A stretch of DNA of 64,000 nt from contig NZ_QJSM01000036.1 in NCBI RefSeq assembly GCF_003205235.1, positions 19,432-83,431 on the forward strand. The letters are read 5' to 3'. Origin of the DNA: Thermoplasma sp. Kam2015 (lineage in GTDB: Archaea > Thermoplasmatota > Thermoplasmata > Thermoplasmatales > Thermoplasmataceae). This document shows positions 42,310 through 52,590 of the stretch, piece after piece. The notes beneath the pieces were generated by a model. It was not told where the DNA came from, ran no database searches, and saw nothing but the letters and a program-made list of their open reading frames with translations. Position 1 is the first letter of the stretch. Every line of letters starts with the position of its first letter. A program made the translations under genes and the position numbers.

Positions 42310-43293
42310 TCAGCGTATCATCCTTGTTCCTGACTTGTCAAATGATGTTCGGACCACGAAATTCGATATTCTCATGAGCCTCTTCTGAAGACTGTTCAGA
42401 TTTTCCGGCCTGCACATGACGAGGACAAAACCCTGAGAACCTCCGCCCATAAGCCTTGCCGCGTCTGCTCCACCAGAGAGCGCCATGCCTATGATCCTAT
42501 CGATACGATCGTTTGTTATCCTGGAACCCAAAGATTTCTTTATCTCCCATCCCCGGTTTATCTGATGGGCAAACTCCTCCATATCATTGTTGACCACAGA
42601 ATCCCTCAGCTTCCTTGCCACATCCTTCATCTCGAGAAGTTTCCTGTCCGTTTCCTCGTCACCCATCTCGGACGCTTTAACCTGCTCCATCAAAACCTCT
42701 GAGCTCTGTCTTGTTTTTCCAGTGTAAACCAGGAGTATTCTCCGCTCTAGTTCATTCGCGAAATCATCATAACGACCTAGATCTTCCTTCTTCATTCCGT
42801 CACGGTCAAATTCCATGTACTTGAAGCCGCCAAAAGCTATGGCATAGGGATCCTGCTTCCCAAGAAGAACATGGAAATGATCCCTCTCAAGTCTATACGA
42901 TTCCTCAGCCAGCGTCTCCCTATCAACATTTCTTCCGATTACGGTATTAACAAGGTTCATGAGCGCTGAGACTGCTGCGCTGGAGGAACCAAGACCGGAT
43001 CCGGGCGGAGCATCGCCGGACATTATCACACGACCTGTACGTATACCTGAATCGCTTAGGAAGTCCGCCATCATCTTTGTGACGCTCACCGGTCTATGCA
43101 TGTTCACTATATAGCTTCTCACGAAATCCCTTGAAGATAATTCGAGCTGATATCCGTCCTCTATATAACGAACAGATACCCCTCTATCTATGGTCGCATT
43201 GACAACAGCACCACCGTATTTTGATAGAAATGGCTCAACATCGGTTCCACCACCGCCAAACGTTATGCGAAGAGGGCTGTATGAGATATACAC
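42310..43293 (-). CDS. GHMP-family kinase (COG2605/HddA-like sugar-phosphate kinase subfamily)
   Basis: 327 aa with the N-terminal motif SPLRITFGGGGTDVEPF...GGAVVNATIDRG, typical of the HddA/LmbP branch, and the GHMP ATP motif PPGSGLGSSSAAVSA. Confidence 0.7.
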   Translation of the reverse strand: MYISYSPLRITFGGGGTDVEPFLSKYGGAVVNATIDRGVSVRYIEDGYQLELSSRDFVRSYIVNMHRPVSVTKMMADFLSDSGIRTGRVIMSGDAPPGSGLGSSSAAVSALMNLVNTVIGRNVDRETLAEESYRLERDHFHVLLGKQDPYAIAFGGFKYMEFDRDGMKKEDLGRYDDFANELERRILLVYTGKTRQSSEVLMEQVKASEMGDEETDRKLLEMKDVARKLRDSVVNNDMEEFAHQINRGWEIKKSLGSRITNDRIDRIIGMALSGGADAARLMGGGSQGFVLVMCRPENLNSLQKRLMRISNFVVRTSFDKSGTRMIR

Positions 43294-43382
43294 CGCAGAT
43301 GATTCAAATCCGGATTATTAAACTCTTGCCAGATAAGCTGACATTCCGCAAAAAAGAATAACCGGTAAAAGTTGCCTGTATT

Positions 43383-44342
43383 ATGATGACATACAGGTCA
43401 ATAGGATCGACTGCATATCCAACGATCGGTGTTGTTCTGCTGGGCGGAATAGCAAACCCCTTGACAAGAACGCCACTACACACATCCGCCGGGATCGCCT
43501 ACAGCGATTCATGTGGATCCATAAGGTCTGAGACCAAAATATACCGAGACGAAAGCATGCACATATTCTTCAATGGAGTTGAATCAATGGATGAAAACAG
43601 ATCGGTAAGGCGTGTGCTTGAAAGATATTCAGACGTCTTTGAAGGCGCATTTGGATCGAAGATCGTATCTTATTCATCCAACAATTTTGGGATCCTGAGC
43701 GGCAGCTCTGATGCCGGCGCAGCCTCAATCGGCGCTGCTATAATGGGTTTGAAGCCGGATCTCGACCCCCATGACGTTGAAAATGATCTCCGCATGGTGT
43801 CAGAAAGTGCTGGAAGAAGCCTTTTTGGGGGGCTCACCATAACCTGGAGCGATGGATATCATGCGTATACAGAAAAAGTACTTGGAAACGAAGCATTTTC
43901 TGGATATTCCATTGTGGCCTTTGCATTTGATTATCAGAGAAATCCCTCTGACATCATTCACCAGAATATAGTGAAGAGCGATCGCTACGATGCACGAAGA
44001 AAGCACGCAGACGAACATGCGCACATGATGAAGGAATATGCAAAAACTGGCGATATCAAGGGTATATTTGATCTGGCGCAGGAAGATACCGAGGAATACC
44101 ATTCAATACTCCGCGAGGTTGGCGTCAACGTCATAAAAGAAAATATGCAGAAGCTGATAAACTATCTGAAAATTCTCAAAAAAGAGTATTGGAATTCGTA
44201 TATAGTCACAGGGGGCAGCAATGTCTATGTTGCAGTGGAAAATGAAAATGTGGAAAAGTTGATGGCGCTGGAGAACACCTTTGGATCAAGGAAAAAGCTC
44301 CTTCGAGTGGCTGGCGGCGCATGGAGCAGAAGACCCGAGTGA
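43383..44342 (+). CDS. diphosphomevalonate-decarboxylase-family protein; likely mevalonate 3-kinase of the Thermoplasma-type mevalonate pathway
   Basis: 318-319 aa with an MDD/GHMP fold (GVVLLGGIANPLTRTPLHTSAGIAYS; an ATP motif SGSSDAGAASIGAAI). The length and sequence match my recollection of the Thermoplasma MDD homologue characterised as mevalonate 3-kinase. The true start may be the second Met. Confidence 0.65.
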   Translation: MMTYRSIGSTAYPTIGVVLLGGIANPLTRTPLHTSAGIAYSDSCGSIRSETKIYRDESMHIFFNGVESMDENRSVRRVLERYSDVFEGAFGSKIVSYSSNNFGILSGSSDAGAASIGAAIMGLKPDLDPHDVENDLRMVSESAGRSLFGGLTITWSDGYHAYTEKVLGNEAFSGYSIVAFAFDYQRNPSDIIHQNIVKSDRYDARRKHADEHAHMMKEYAKTGDIKGIFDLAQEDTEEYHSILREVGVNVIKENMQKLINYLKILKKEYWNSYIVTGGSNVYVAVENENVEKLMALENTFGSRKKLLRVAGGAWSRRPE

Positions 44343-44349
44343 AGCTGCA

Positions 44350-44844
44350 TCATCCGAATATCATTTCAGATAGATCATTGGGGAAATCCAATACCCTGAT
44401 GTATTTATCGCCAGAGATCTCCGCAGTCGTGTAAGCTGATCTGAACGGATATGGCACCTCCCTATCCGTGAAAAAGTACTGACCGCCAAGATCAGAAAAT
44501 GTCCTGCATGAGTCGCTGTCTGTATACGGCATAACAATGTTCTCCGTCACTTCGAAGAAGTCATGAAGTCTCTTCTCTTGCACGTCCGGATCTATTACCA
44601 CAAGAAGCGCACCGGCCATTATTGTATCGATCACATCATTGATCCTCTCGGACATGTTCAAAACAACTATGTCGAACATGTGTGAGAGATAGGTGTACTC
44701 TGCCGTATTTAACACATGGTGATCTATGGCATCGTAATCTATTACGAAAACCTGATCCGAACCGAGAATACTTCTGACTGCTTCCGCGTCTGATCTCCCG
44801 TGCCTTATACTGAGTGTGTGTATCTGCAACTGTTCATAATACAT
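44350..44844 (-). CDS. hypothetical protein (164 aa, acidic)
   Basis: A clean ORF with normal codon composition, convergent with the MDD-family gene. No family recognised. Confidence 0.45.
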   Translation of the reverse strand: MYYEQLQIHTLSIRHGRSDAEAVRSILGSDQVFVIDYDAIDHHVLNTAEYTYLSHMFDIVVLNMSERINDVIDTIMAGALLVVIDPDVQEKRLHDFFEVTENIVMPYTDSDSCRTFSDLGGQYFFTDREVPYPFRSAYTTAEISGDKYIRVLDFPNDLSEMIFG

Positions 44845-45021
44845 AATGTCGAATTTATAGTTTTACATGAGAACCAATCTCAATGTAAATTTTATCTATT
44901 CCGATAAATTTTTTATTCTCAATCCAATATTTCAAGTATATTTTAAATATACATCTTTGAATTATTAAAACAGCCCTATCCATAAAATTCCAAAAAGATT
45001 ATATATCATGCACTCGTATTA

Positions 45022-45846
45022 GTGGTAATGTTCGAGATTCCCAGACCTTATCTGCTGAAATTCGAGAGGATCGCTGTACCGATGGCCGAGGGAAGAAGTT
45101 CCAGGAGGGTACTCCATATTGCCTTTTCCTTTGCAACTGCGATGGGTTCTGAGATAACCGCCATAACTGTCAGGGATCAGGCAAAGGACATGATGTGGAC
45201 CAATAAGATAACTGTGGTTACAAATGCTTATAAAGAAGGGTTGAACAACAACATAAAGGTGATACCGAAGATTCTGACGAGTTCAGACGTTAAATCTGCC
45301 CTAGTTGAGGAACTGAACAGGCATTCCTACGACATGGTCATAATAGCTTCTGAGAAGAGATCCATAATAACGCGGATAACGTCTGGACCTGTATCTAACT
45401 ATGTGATAAAGAGATCGAACATACCAACGGCACTGGTGTCCGTCAAGACGCAGAATTTCCCCTACAAGACCATATACATTCCCCTTAGCGAATCCGTTAA
45501 CACCCGTGGATCTGTGGCCTTCGGACTTTTCCTGAAGAAGGTCACAGGGGCGAAGGTCATATTCTCCGACCTAAGGGCATTCGATCAGAATCCAACCCAT
45601 AAATTCAGCTATATATTCGATTACATGAACGAGATCGTGGAGAACTTCGGTGGGAATATAACAATGAAAAAGGGAGGCACAAGCAGCGATCTGAAGGAAT
45701 CAATACTGGCTGAAGCATCAAATTCCGAGGTTGACGCGCTGATATTGGGAGTAAGGGCTGGGCCGAACGGAAAGATAAGAGTCAGCAGCGAGATAAAGGA
45801 TCTCATGAAAACGGGAGAGTTCGACAGCATACTCTTCAAAAAATGA
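45022..45846 (+). CDS. tandem universal stress protein (2x UspA domains)
   Basis: 274 aa with two USP-like alpha/beta halves. The second carries an ATP-binding-type G-x2-G-x9-G(S/T) region (ILGVRAGPNGKIRVSS). Confidence 0.7.
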   Translation: MVMFEIPRPYLLKFERIAVPMAEGRSSRRVLHIAFSFATAMGSEITAITVRDQAKDMMWTNKITVVTNAYKEGLNNNIKVIPKILTSSDVKSALVEELNRHSYDMVIIASEKRSIITRITSGPVSNYVIKRSNIPTALVSVKTQNFPYKTIYIPLSESVNTRGSVAFGLFLKKVTGAKVIFSDLRAFDQNPTHKFSYIFDYMNEIVENFGGNITMKKGGTSSDLKESILAEASNSEVDALILGVRAGPNGKIRVSSEIKDLMKTGEFDSILFKK

Positions 45847-45849
45847 TGA

Positions 45850-46470
45850 TCAGATCTGTGATTGCTTTATATAACCACCGTGCAGGAGGAATTCTATGAT
45901 GTTGACGTTCAGCCTAACCACGTTCACATAGTAGGATCCGAAAAACGGAAAGTTCTGAACCTTGCTCCTGTTAACCATAGAATGCAGATACGAATAAAGA
46001 TACTTGACCGAAAGATTGGTTATATTGTGCAGCGCTATACTTATTCTTGGTATCTGTATGATCGCGCCCTGCAGAGGTATATCCGGATCAAGCCCGGATC
46101 CTGAGTACGATATCATGGCGTATGGTATCTCGCTTATGTTAACTCCTGGGTTCTCCTTCATGAACTGATGGAGATACTTTTCCGTCAGGTTGAGCATCTG
46201 CGGATTTCCCAGCGAATAGTCATAAGCGCCTGATTCACTCAGATTGTAGTCTATTGCAGACGGCCTTGGCTGGAAAAAGAAGGAGGAATTGAAGGCCTCG
46301 GCTAGGAGATAGCTTCCGTATATGTGACCGTCTATCTTCACTGGCTGCCCTTCAGACTGGAACGGGAGTGTATGTTCAGTAATGAGCGAAGTAACCGTAG
46401 GATACACAAACCCTAGTATGAAGAGGAAGAGAACTGCAAATACCAGCGCCTTTACGTATGACTTCACCAC
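45850..46470 (-). CDS. kdpC: potassium-transporting ATPase subunit KdpC
   Basis: 206 aa with an N-terminal TM helix and a KdpC signature (SGSGLDPDI). Confidence 0.85.
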   Translation of the reverse strand: MVKSYVKALVFAVLFLFILGFVYPTVTSLITEHTLPFQSEGQPVKIDGHIYGSYLLAEAFNSSFFFQPRPSAIDYNLSESGAYDYSLGNPQMLNLTEKYLHQFMKENPGVNISEIPYAMISYSGSGLDPDIPLQGAIIQIPRISIALHNITNLSVKYLYSYLHSMVNRSKVQNFPFFGSYYVNVVRLNVNIIEFLLHGGYIKQSQI

Positions 46471-48461
46471 ATCACCCCCAGCGCAACCAAAGCCATATAG
46501 ATCAATTTTATCGCTATGAACGGCACAACAATCCCGCCAAGACCGTATATGAGTATATTCCTCTTCAGAAGATCTGTTATGGATGTGGGCTTATATCTGA
46601 CACCGCCCAAGGCAAGAGGTATCAGAAATACTATTATTATCGTGTTGAAAATCAGCGCAGATGTCACGGCCAGTATCGGATTTGTAAGATCGAGTATGTT
46701 AACTAGCGACAGGCTTGGGAACATATAGAATATGGCCGGGATTATCACGAAGTATTTTGAGACGTCGTTTGCTATGCTGAATGTGGTAAGCGCGCCCCTG
46801 GTTATCAGTATCTGTTTGCCAAGGAATATCACGTCCATGAGCTTCGTTGGGTTGCTGTCCAGATCGATCATGTTTGCTGCCTCCTTGGCGGCCTGTGTTC
46901 CGTTATTCATGGCAAGCCCAACATCAGCCTTGGCTAATGCCGGAGCATCATTAGTTCCATCTCCAACCATGGCCACCATCCTCTGCCTTTCCTTCTCCCT
47001 TATGACAAGATTGTACTTGTCTATGGGCTTGGAATTAGCTATGTATTCGTCAAGGCCGACCTGGGTGGAGATATACTGAGCCGTAACCTCATCATCACCG
47101 GTGCACATCACGGTCTTTATGTCCATATTCCTTATCTCCGATATCCTCTCCTTTATGCCGGGCTTGATAAGATCCTGAAGCTCTATAACACCAGCGAAAC
47201 GGCCATTGTGAACAACAGGAATTGCTGTGCTTCCCCTCATGGAGATCTCCTTGCACAGGGCCTCTATGAATTCATCAGCAACGTGGAACTTTTCCTTCAG
47301 GGCACGGAGCGAACCCTTTATTATATAGTCATTGTCCGATTCCAACCCGCTGTATTTGGTCTCGGACGAGAACGGGATGAAGGAATAGCCTTTCAGGTCT
47401 TCCTCCGTCAGATTGATACCGTTCATTTTGGCCAGAGCCATTATTGATATACCCTCCTTGGTCTGATCGTAATATGAGGCCATGGCACAGAGCCTGTAGA
47501 ACTCCATCTCATCCACACCCTTATTGGGATACATCTTTACGGCCTTGCGTTCGCCTATGGTTATTGTTCCCGTCTTGTCCAGTATTATGGTATCTATATC
47601 TCCAGCATTTTCAATGGCTCTTCCGCTCTTGGCTATTATATTGTACTGCGATACCTTATTTATCGCGGCTATTCCTATGGCAGGCAGGAGTGCGCCTATG
47701 GTGGTGGGAATCAACGCTATAAGAAGAACGATCAGCATCATGATGTTTGCTGTCCTGCCATAGTAATGAGAGATCGAGAATATTGACGCGGTTATTATAA
47801 GGAATATCAGCGTCAGGCCTGAAAGAAAAACGGTGAGCGCTATCTCATTTGGCGTACGCTCCCGTGTTGCCCTGTTGACAAGATCTATCATCTTATCTAT
47901 GAAGGTGCTTCCCGGATCTGCGGTAGCCCTTATCTTAATCTTATCCGTGACAAGCCTCGTGGATCCTGTGACGGTATCGCCCAGAACCTTCATTACGGAT
48001 CTTGATTCTCCGGTCACATTTGATTCGTCAACGTAGCCTGAACCCTCAACTATTTCTCCATCAATGGGTATTATCTCATCCCTGTAAACGACTATTATAT
48101 CTCCCTTTCTTAGATCCGTAGACTTCACATCCACTATATTGCCGTCCTTGACCACATGCGCCGTGACTTCTGTTTTGAACTTCTTCAGCGAATCCGTTAT
48201 GGCCTTGCTCTTGCCCTCCGATATGGCGGTGCTCATGCTGGAGAAGAAGACCGTGAGAAACAGTAGTATAACGACTGCAAGATAAAACTGCATGTAGGTT
48301 GCTGAAGAAGGTACTCCAAAGAATCCTGGAAATACGTACACGAATACTGAAACGAAGAGGGATACCTCCGTGAGAAACATAACCGGATTGTGTATTATGA
48401 TATCCGGTCTCATATTTTTCATTGTGAGTATGAACTCTTCGTAAATTTTCCCAAGATTCAA
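46464..48461 (-). CDS. kdpB: potassium-transporting P-type ATPase subunit KdpB
   Basis: 665 aa with P-type motifs DKTGTIT and MVGDGTNDAPALAKADVGLAM, and KdpB topology. Confidence 0.95.
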   Translation of the reverse strand: MNLGKIYEEFILTMKNMRPDIIIHNPVMFLTEVSLFVSVFVYVFPGFFGVPSSATYMQFYLAVVILLFLTVFFSSMSTAISEGKSKAITDSLKKFKTEVTAHVVKDGNIVDVKSTDLRKGDIIVVYRDEIIPIDGEIVEGSGYVDESNVTGESRSVMKVLGDTVTGSTRLVTDKIKIRATADPGSTFIDKMIDLVNRATRERTPNEIALTVFLSGLTLIFLIITASIFSISHYYGRTANIMMLIVLLIALIPTTIGALLPAIGIAAINKVSQYNIIAKSGRAIENAGDIDTIILDKTGTITIGERKAVKMYPNKGVDEMEFYRLCAMASYYDQTKEGISIMALAKMNGINLTEEDLKGYSFIPFSSETKYSGLESDNDYIIKGSLRALKEKFHVADEFIEALCKEISMRGSTAIPVVHNGRFAGVIELQDLIKPGIKERISEIRNMDIKTVMCTGDDEVTAQYISTQVGLDEYIANSKPIDKYNLVIREKERQRMVAMVGDGTNDAPALAKADVGLAMNNGTQAAKEAANMIDLDSNPTKLMDVIFLGKQILITRGALTTFSIANDVSKYFVIIPAIFYMFPSLSLVNILDLTNPILAVTSALIFNTIIIVFLIPLALGGVRYKPTSITDLLKRNILIYGLGGIVVPFIAIKLIYMALVALGVMW

Positions 48462-50215
48462 ATCATCGCCCCCAGCATCAGATTGAAGTCATGGGCCCAT
48501 GAAAGTAGTGGCCCAAGCACAATAATTGGGAAATAGGACAGAAGCCCTATGAGAACCATGGCGGCTATGAGCAGAATACCAAATATCCAGTTGCTGGTGT
48601 TTATGGATCTGTAGTACTGAGCCTTGGCCTTTTTCACAGAGAAGGACTGGGCTATTGCGAGCTGGAAAGCGATCAGCAGATATCGCCCAAGCAGCATTAG
48701 CACGCCATCAATGTAGTTGAAAAACGGCTGATTTGTGTCGAAGCCCCCCATCTCTGAGCCATTGTTAGAAGCAGAAGTGGCGAACTCGTAGAGCAGCTCC
48801 GTTATCCTTGATGAGTATGGATTCACGAATGTTGACATCAGGTGGGGGATCATCAGGGTTATTCCTAGCGGTATGACCACAAGCAGCGGATGTGTTATGA
48901 GCGACAGCGTCGAATACTTGATCTCCTTTGATCCTATTCTGAGACTCATAAGCTCTGGAAGCTTACCGACCATAAGCGAGGCTATGAAAACTGTGAAAAT
49001 TATATACATGAATATGTTGAGAACACCTGTACCCACGCCTCCAAGGGGATCGTTCAACAGGAGACCTATGAGTACGCCGATTATACCTGCCGGAGTGTAC
49101 GAAACCAGCGCTGCATTTGACGCACCTGTAGATGTGATCGTTGCACCTACGGCGAATATCGTGCTCTGCGATATGCCTATAGCCGTCTCCTTACCAACCA
49201 TATTGCCCGTGTAGTATCCCATATGGAGAAATGGCACTCCGACAAATTCTCCAAAGAATGAAAACAGTCCTTGAAATATGAAGAAGAACATTATGACCCA
49301 ATATAGCATCTGACCGAATTTCCGATCACCAAACACTATACCCAGCGATAGGAGCGATGCCAGAGGTATGATGACGAATGATACGAATTCCACAAGATTC
49401 GTGAACCAGTCTGGATTCTCGAATGGGAATGCGGCGTTCGCGCCATAAAAACCACCGCCATTGGTGCCTATATTCTTTATCGCCTCAAGCGTGGCGACTG
49501 GGCCCAGCGGTATGTTGTATACCTTGTTTGTGATAAACGCATTCACGGTTATGTATCTCTGCATGGTTTCCGGTACGCCCGCCAGGATCAGTATAACGGT
49601 GACTATGATGGTCAGCGGGAGGATCAGATCAAAAATCGATACAAGGAAGTCATGATAGAAGTTACCTATCTTACCTGTATCCGTTCTAATGCCCCTGACG
49701 AATGCCATTGAGGCTGCGAATCCCGTTCCCGCGGAAAGAAACATCAGACCCGTAATGACGAAAGTCTGACTAAAGTATGATAATCGCATAGGATTTGAAT
49801 AATGCTGCAAATTTGTATTCGTGAGAAAACTCACGACCGTGTTGAAATCCAGTGAAGGGGACATACCGAGGGAGTCATAAGAGAATGGCAGATAATGCTG
49901 AAACATTATAACAAGAAAAGATATGAGACCTGCAAAGAAATTGAAAAGAAGAAGGTTGAGGAAATATTCCTTGAAATCCATAGAATGTTCAGGCGATTCG
50001 CCTATGATTCTTTCAAAGAATGCGATCGCTCTTCCAGTTATCTTGGAGAACACGTTTTTCTGATCAGAGTATATTCTTGCTATGTGGAATGAGAGGATGT
50101 AGGCAAGCAGCGAGGCTATGAGAAGATATATCAGTATTATAATGACACCTGACACAGCTCTTTCGGCGACAAAGAATTTTGCCCAGAAGTAAGCTTCATA
50201 TTCAATCAAATTCAT
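48458..50215 (-). CDS. kdpA: potassium-transporting ATPase subunit KdpA
   Basis: 585 aa with 10+ TM helices and KdpA selectivity-filter-like repeats. It is followed directly by kdpB with a 4-nt overlap. Confidence 0.9.
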   Translation of the reverse strand: MNLIEYEAYFWAKFFVAERAVSGVIIILIYLLIASLLAYILSFHIARIYSDQKNVFSKITGRAIAFFERIIGESPEHSMDFKEYFLNLLLFNFFAGLISFLVIMFQHYLPFSYDSLGMSPSLDFNTVVSFLTNTNLQHYSNPMRLSYFSQTFVITGLMFLSAGTGFAASMAFVRGIRTDTGKIGNFYHDFLVSIFDLILPLTIIVTVILILAGVPETMQRYITVNAFITNKVYNIPLGPVATLEAIKNIGTNGGGFYGANAAFPFENPDWFTNLVEFVSFVIIPLASLLSLGIVFGDRKFGQMLYWVIMFFFIFQGLFSFFGEFVGVPFLHMGYYTGNMVGKETAIGISQSTIFAVGATITSTGASNAALVSYTPAGIIGVLIGLLLNDPLGGVGTGVLNIFMYIIFTVFIASLMVGKLPELMSLRIGSKEIKYSTLSLITHPLLVVIPLGITLMIPHLMSTFVNPYSSRITELLYEFATSASNNGSEMGGFDTNQPFFNYIDGVLMLLGRYLLIAFQLAIAQSFSVKKAKAQYYRSINTSNWIFGILLIAAMVLIGLLSYFPIIVLGPLLSWAHDFNLMLGAMI

Positions 50216-50301
50216 ATTTTTTCTGCCTCTAATATTGTGTAGATCAGATATATTGCCATGATAAGAACCAATACTGAAAGCAATACGATTGAGGCTTCCA
50301 T
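50212..50301 (-). CDS. kdpF: KdpF-like small hydrophobic subunit, 29 aa
   Basis: Absent from the ORF track. Manual translation gives MEASIVLLSVLVLIMAIYLIYTILEAEKI, a single TM helix, with its stop TGA overlapping the kdpA ATG (ATGA). Confidence 0.6.
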   Translation of the reverse strand: MEASIVLLSVLVLIMAIYLIYTILEAEKI

Positions 50302-50473
50302 TTTTCAGTTTAATTCTATAAACATATTAATAATTTACTATGTGCATTTGAGTTTCTAAAAGATCAAGTACCAAATGAATCAGAACGATGCTTTACTAAC
50401 ATAGAATCTTTTGAATTTTCGAAATTTGAGAAGATTGCTTCACAAAAATTTTGATGCTTTTCTTCTTAATATT

Positions 50474-52030
50474 CTAGATTCTCTTGGCAACATATGGTCC
50501 AAGATCCTCATAACCTCTCTTTCTGAAATACTCCCTGACCCCTATGCCGGATATGACCAGAATACGATGGAGGCCTTCCTCTAGAGTGATTCTTTCAGCT
50601 TCCTGAACAAGACCTGTTCCAAATCCACGATGCTGCCACTCGTCTTCCTCGTGCTTTCCCACCGGCACCTCGTATCCGAACACCTTTAGCTCACGTATGA
50701 TGCTTGAACCGCTTACTTCCTGCCTGTGTGCTTTATCTGAAGGTATCCTTAGGCGAACGAAACCAACGATCCTGTTGCTCTCAGTGACATAGGATATGAA
50801 GTATTCCCTTCCGCCACCTGCGTCATAGCGTTCTACCTTCAGATTGATGGCTTCATTCTTAGCGTTGTGGTGGCCTATCTCTCTGAACCTGATTTCGCCG
50901 GTTTCAATACCCTCATCCTTCATTCTCTTCTCTATCAGGTTCCTTATATCCGATCTCTTTACACCAGCCACTATAAACTGCACCGGTATATCACGCTGTA
51001 TTCTCTGTACCCTTATCCACTCTGGCATCCTTCGCATGAATTCCACAATAAGTTCAACAGTCTCATTTGTGGTGTATGGCCTGTATTTGCCGTTCTTCCA
51101 CAGGTTGTACAGACCGGTACCCTTTGTGACAAGCGTTGGATAAATCTTCAGCATGTCAGGCCTGAATCTAGGATCGCCTATCATCAGTTCAAAGGATTTC
51201 AGATCAAGATCTGGATTCGATCCGTACATACCCGGCATTATATGATACACTATTTTCAGACCAGCATCCCTGGCCAGCTGAGTGGATCTTGCTATATCAT
51301 TCACGGTGTGCCCTCTATTGTTCATCGCCAGTACATTGTCATTTATGTTCTGGACGCCGAGCTCCACCTTCGTTGTCCCATAGCTAAGTGCCAGATCTAT
51401 TTCACGCTCGAAGAACCAGTCTGGCTTAGTCTCAACCGTGAGACCTATGCACCTGTGCCTGCTGGTCTCGTTTATCCTTATGGATTCATCTAGGTTATTT
51501 CCTATAACTCCATTCATGGCGTCCAGACAGCCCTTCACAAAACCCCTCTGGTATTCTGTATCTCTCGCCGTGAACGTTCCTCCCATTATTATGAGGTCTA
51601 TCTTCGATGTGTCATGTCCTATAGTCTCGAGCTGTTTTATCCTGCTGAACGTCTCCATATAAGGGTCATATGCATTATTTCTTCCTCTGAGCGCCGCAGG
51701 TTCATATCCTGTATAGGATTGAGGAGAGTTGTTGTCTATTCCACCTGGACAGAATATGCATTTGCCATGGGGGCATCTTTCGGGTGAGGTCATAGCCGCA
51801 ACCACTGCCACTCCCGATATGGTTCGAGTGGGTTTTCTCCTGAGGATTCTCTTAACATTATCGTCGAAACTTGATGAATTAAGGATCTCCACATCGCTTG
51901 GAACATAGTCCAGGCCGTATTTTTTTGAGAGCTTCAGTTTGATGTCCTCAAGCTCATCCTTATCGCTGATCTGCCCAGAAAGAAGGACAGATCTCATCTC
52001 CTCGAAGAAATCCATGATTGGCTTATTCAA
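50474..52030 (-). CDS. elp3: tRNA uridine(34) carboxymethyl-modification enzyme Elp3 homologue (radical SAM + GNAT)
   Basis: 518 aa with a radical-SAM cluster motif (CPHGKCIFCPGG) and a C-terminal GNAT acetyltransferase motif (QHRGFGTGL). Confidence 0.85.
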   Translation of the reverse strand: MNKPIMDFFEEMRSVLLSGQISDKDELEDIKLKLSKKYGLDYVPSDVEILNSSSFDDNVKRILRRKPTRTISGVAVVAAMTSPERCPHGKCIFCPGGIDNNSPQSYTGYEPAALRGRNNAYDPYMETFSRIKQLETIGHDTSKIDLIIMGGTFTARDTEYQRGFVKGCLDAMNGVIGNNLDESIRINETSRHRCIGLTVETKPDWFFEREIDLALSYGTTKVELGVQNINDNVLAMNNRGHTVNDIARSTQLARDAGLKIVYHIMPGMYGSNPDLDLKSFELMIGDPRFRPDMLKIYPTLVTKGTGLYNLWKNGKYRPYTTNETVELIVEFMRRMPEWIRVQRIQRDIPVQFIVAGVKRSDIRNLIEKRMKDEGIETGEIRFREIGHHNAKNEAINLKVERYDAGGGREYFISYVTESNRIVGFVRLRIPSDKAHRQEVSGSSIIRELKVFGYEVPVGKHEEDEWQHRGFGTGLVQEAERITLEEGLHRILVISGIGVREYFRKRGYEDLGPYVAKRI

Positions 52031-52212
52031 TATGGATAGTTATTGTTTTCTGTACCTCATCTCCAAGTGATGGAATCGAATTGCGTTGAATCAGGACACG
52101 CCATTATCAGACGAAATCAAATGCAGCTCGTGGAACAGGAATAAAAATTTTTGAAGGAGATATATTTTAGAAAAATTAATTAACGTCCTATGTCATATAT
52201 TCTGACGATCAC

Positions 52213-52428
52213 ATGTCAGACAATTGGGTGAGAACCCCAGAAGCTTTGATCCTTTTAACTCTTGTACTATGGATATTGAACAGCGTAGGGTATCTCAAAA
52301 TCCCAGTTGGTGGAGGCACTTATTTTAACCTTGGATACACATCTGGACTCGTATTTCTTCTCATAGCCATGTGGTTCTTATTCGTTCTGCGAGGAAGAAG
52401 TCCAGGCCATCATGATCCTGAAAACTGA
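52213..52428 (+). CDS. small membrane protein (2 TM), hypothetical
   Basis: 71 aa with two hydrophobic helices, sitting in an otherwise empty 560-nt gap. It is weakly supported. Confidence 0.3.
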   Translation: MSDNWVRTPEALILLTLVLWILNSVGYLKIPVGGGTYFNLGYTSGLVFLLIAMWFLFVLRGRSPGHHDPEN

Positions 52429-52590
52429 TCTCATAACTCATTTATAATGCACACTTTTATTAACAAACGTTCTGAATGTATCCGCCGGATATCGATCATG
52501 AGCCGTTTTTTATGATTATTTCTATATCTACTCCTCGGATTCCAGAACTTATGAAAAACATTTTTAACATAACGCGCTATACTCACGAAA

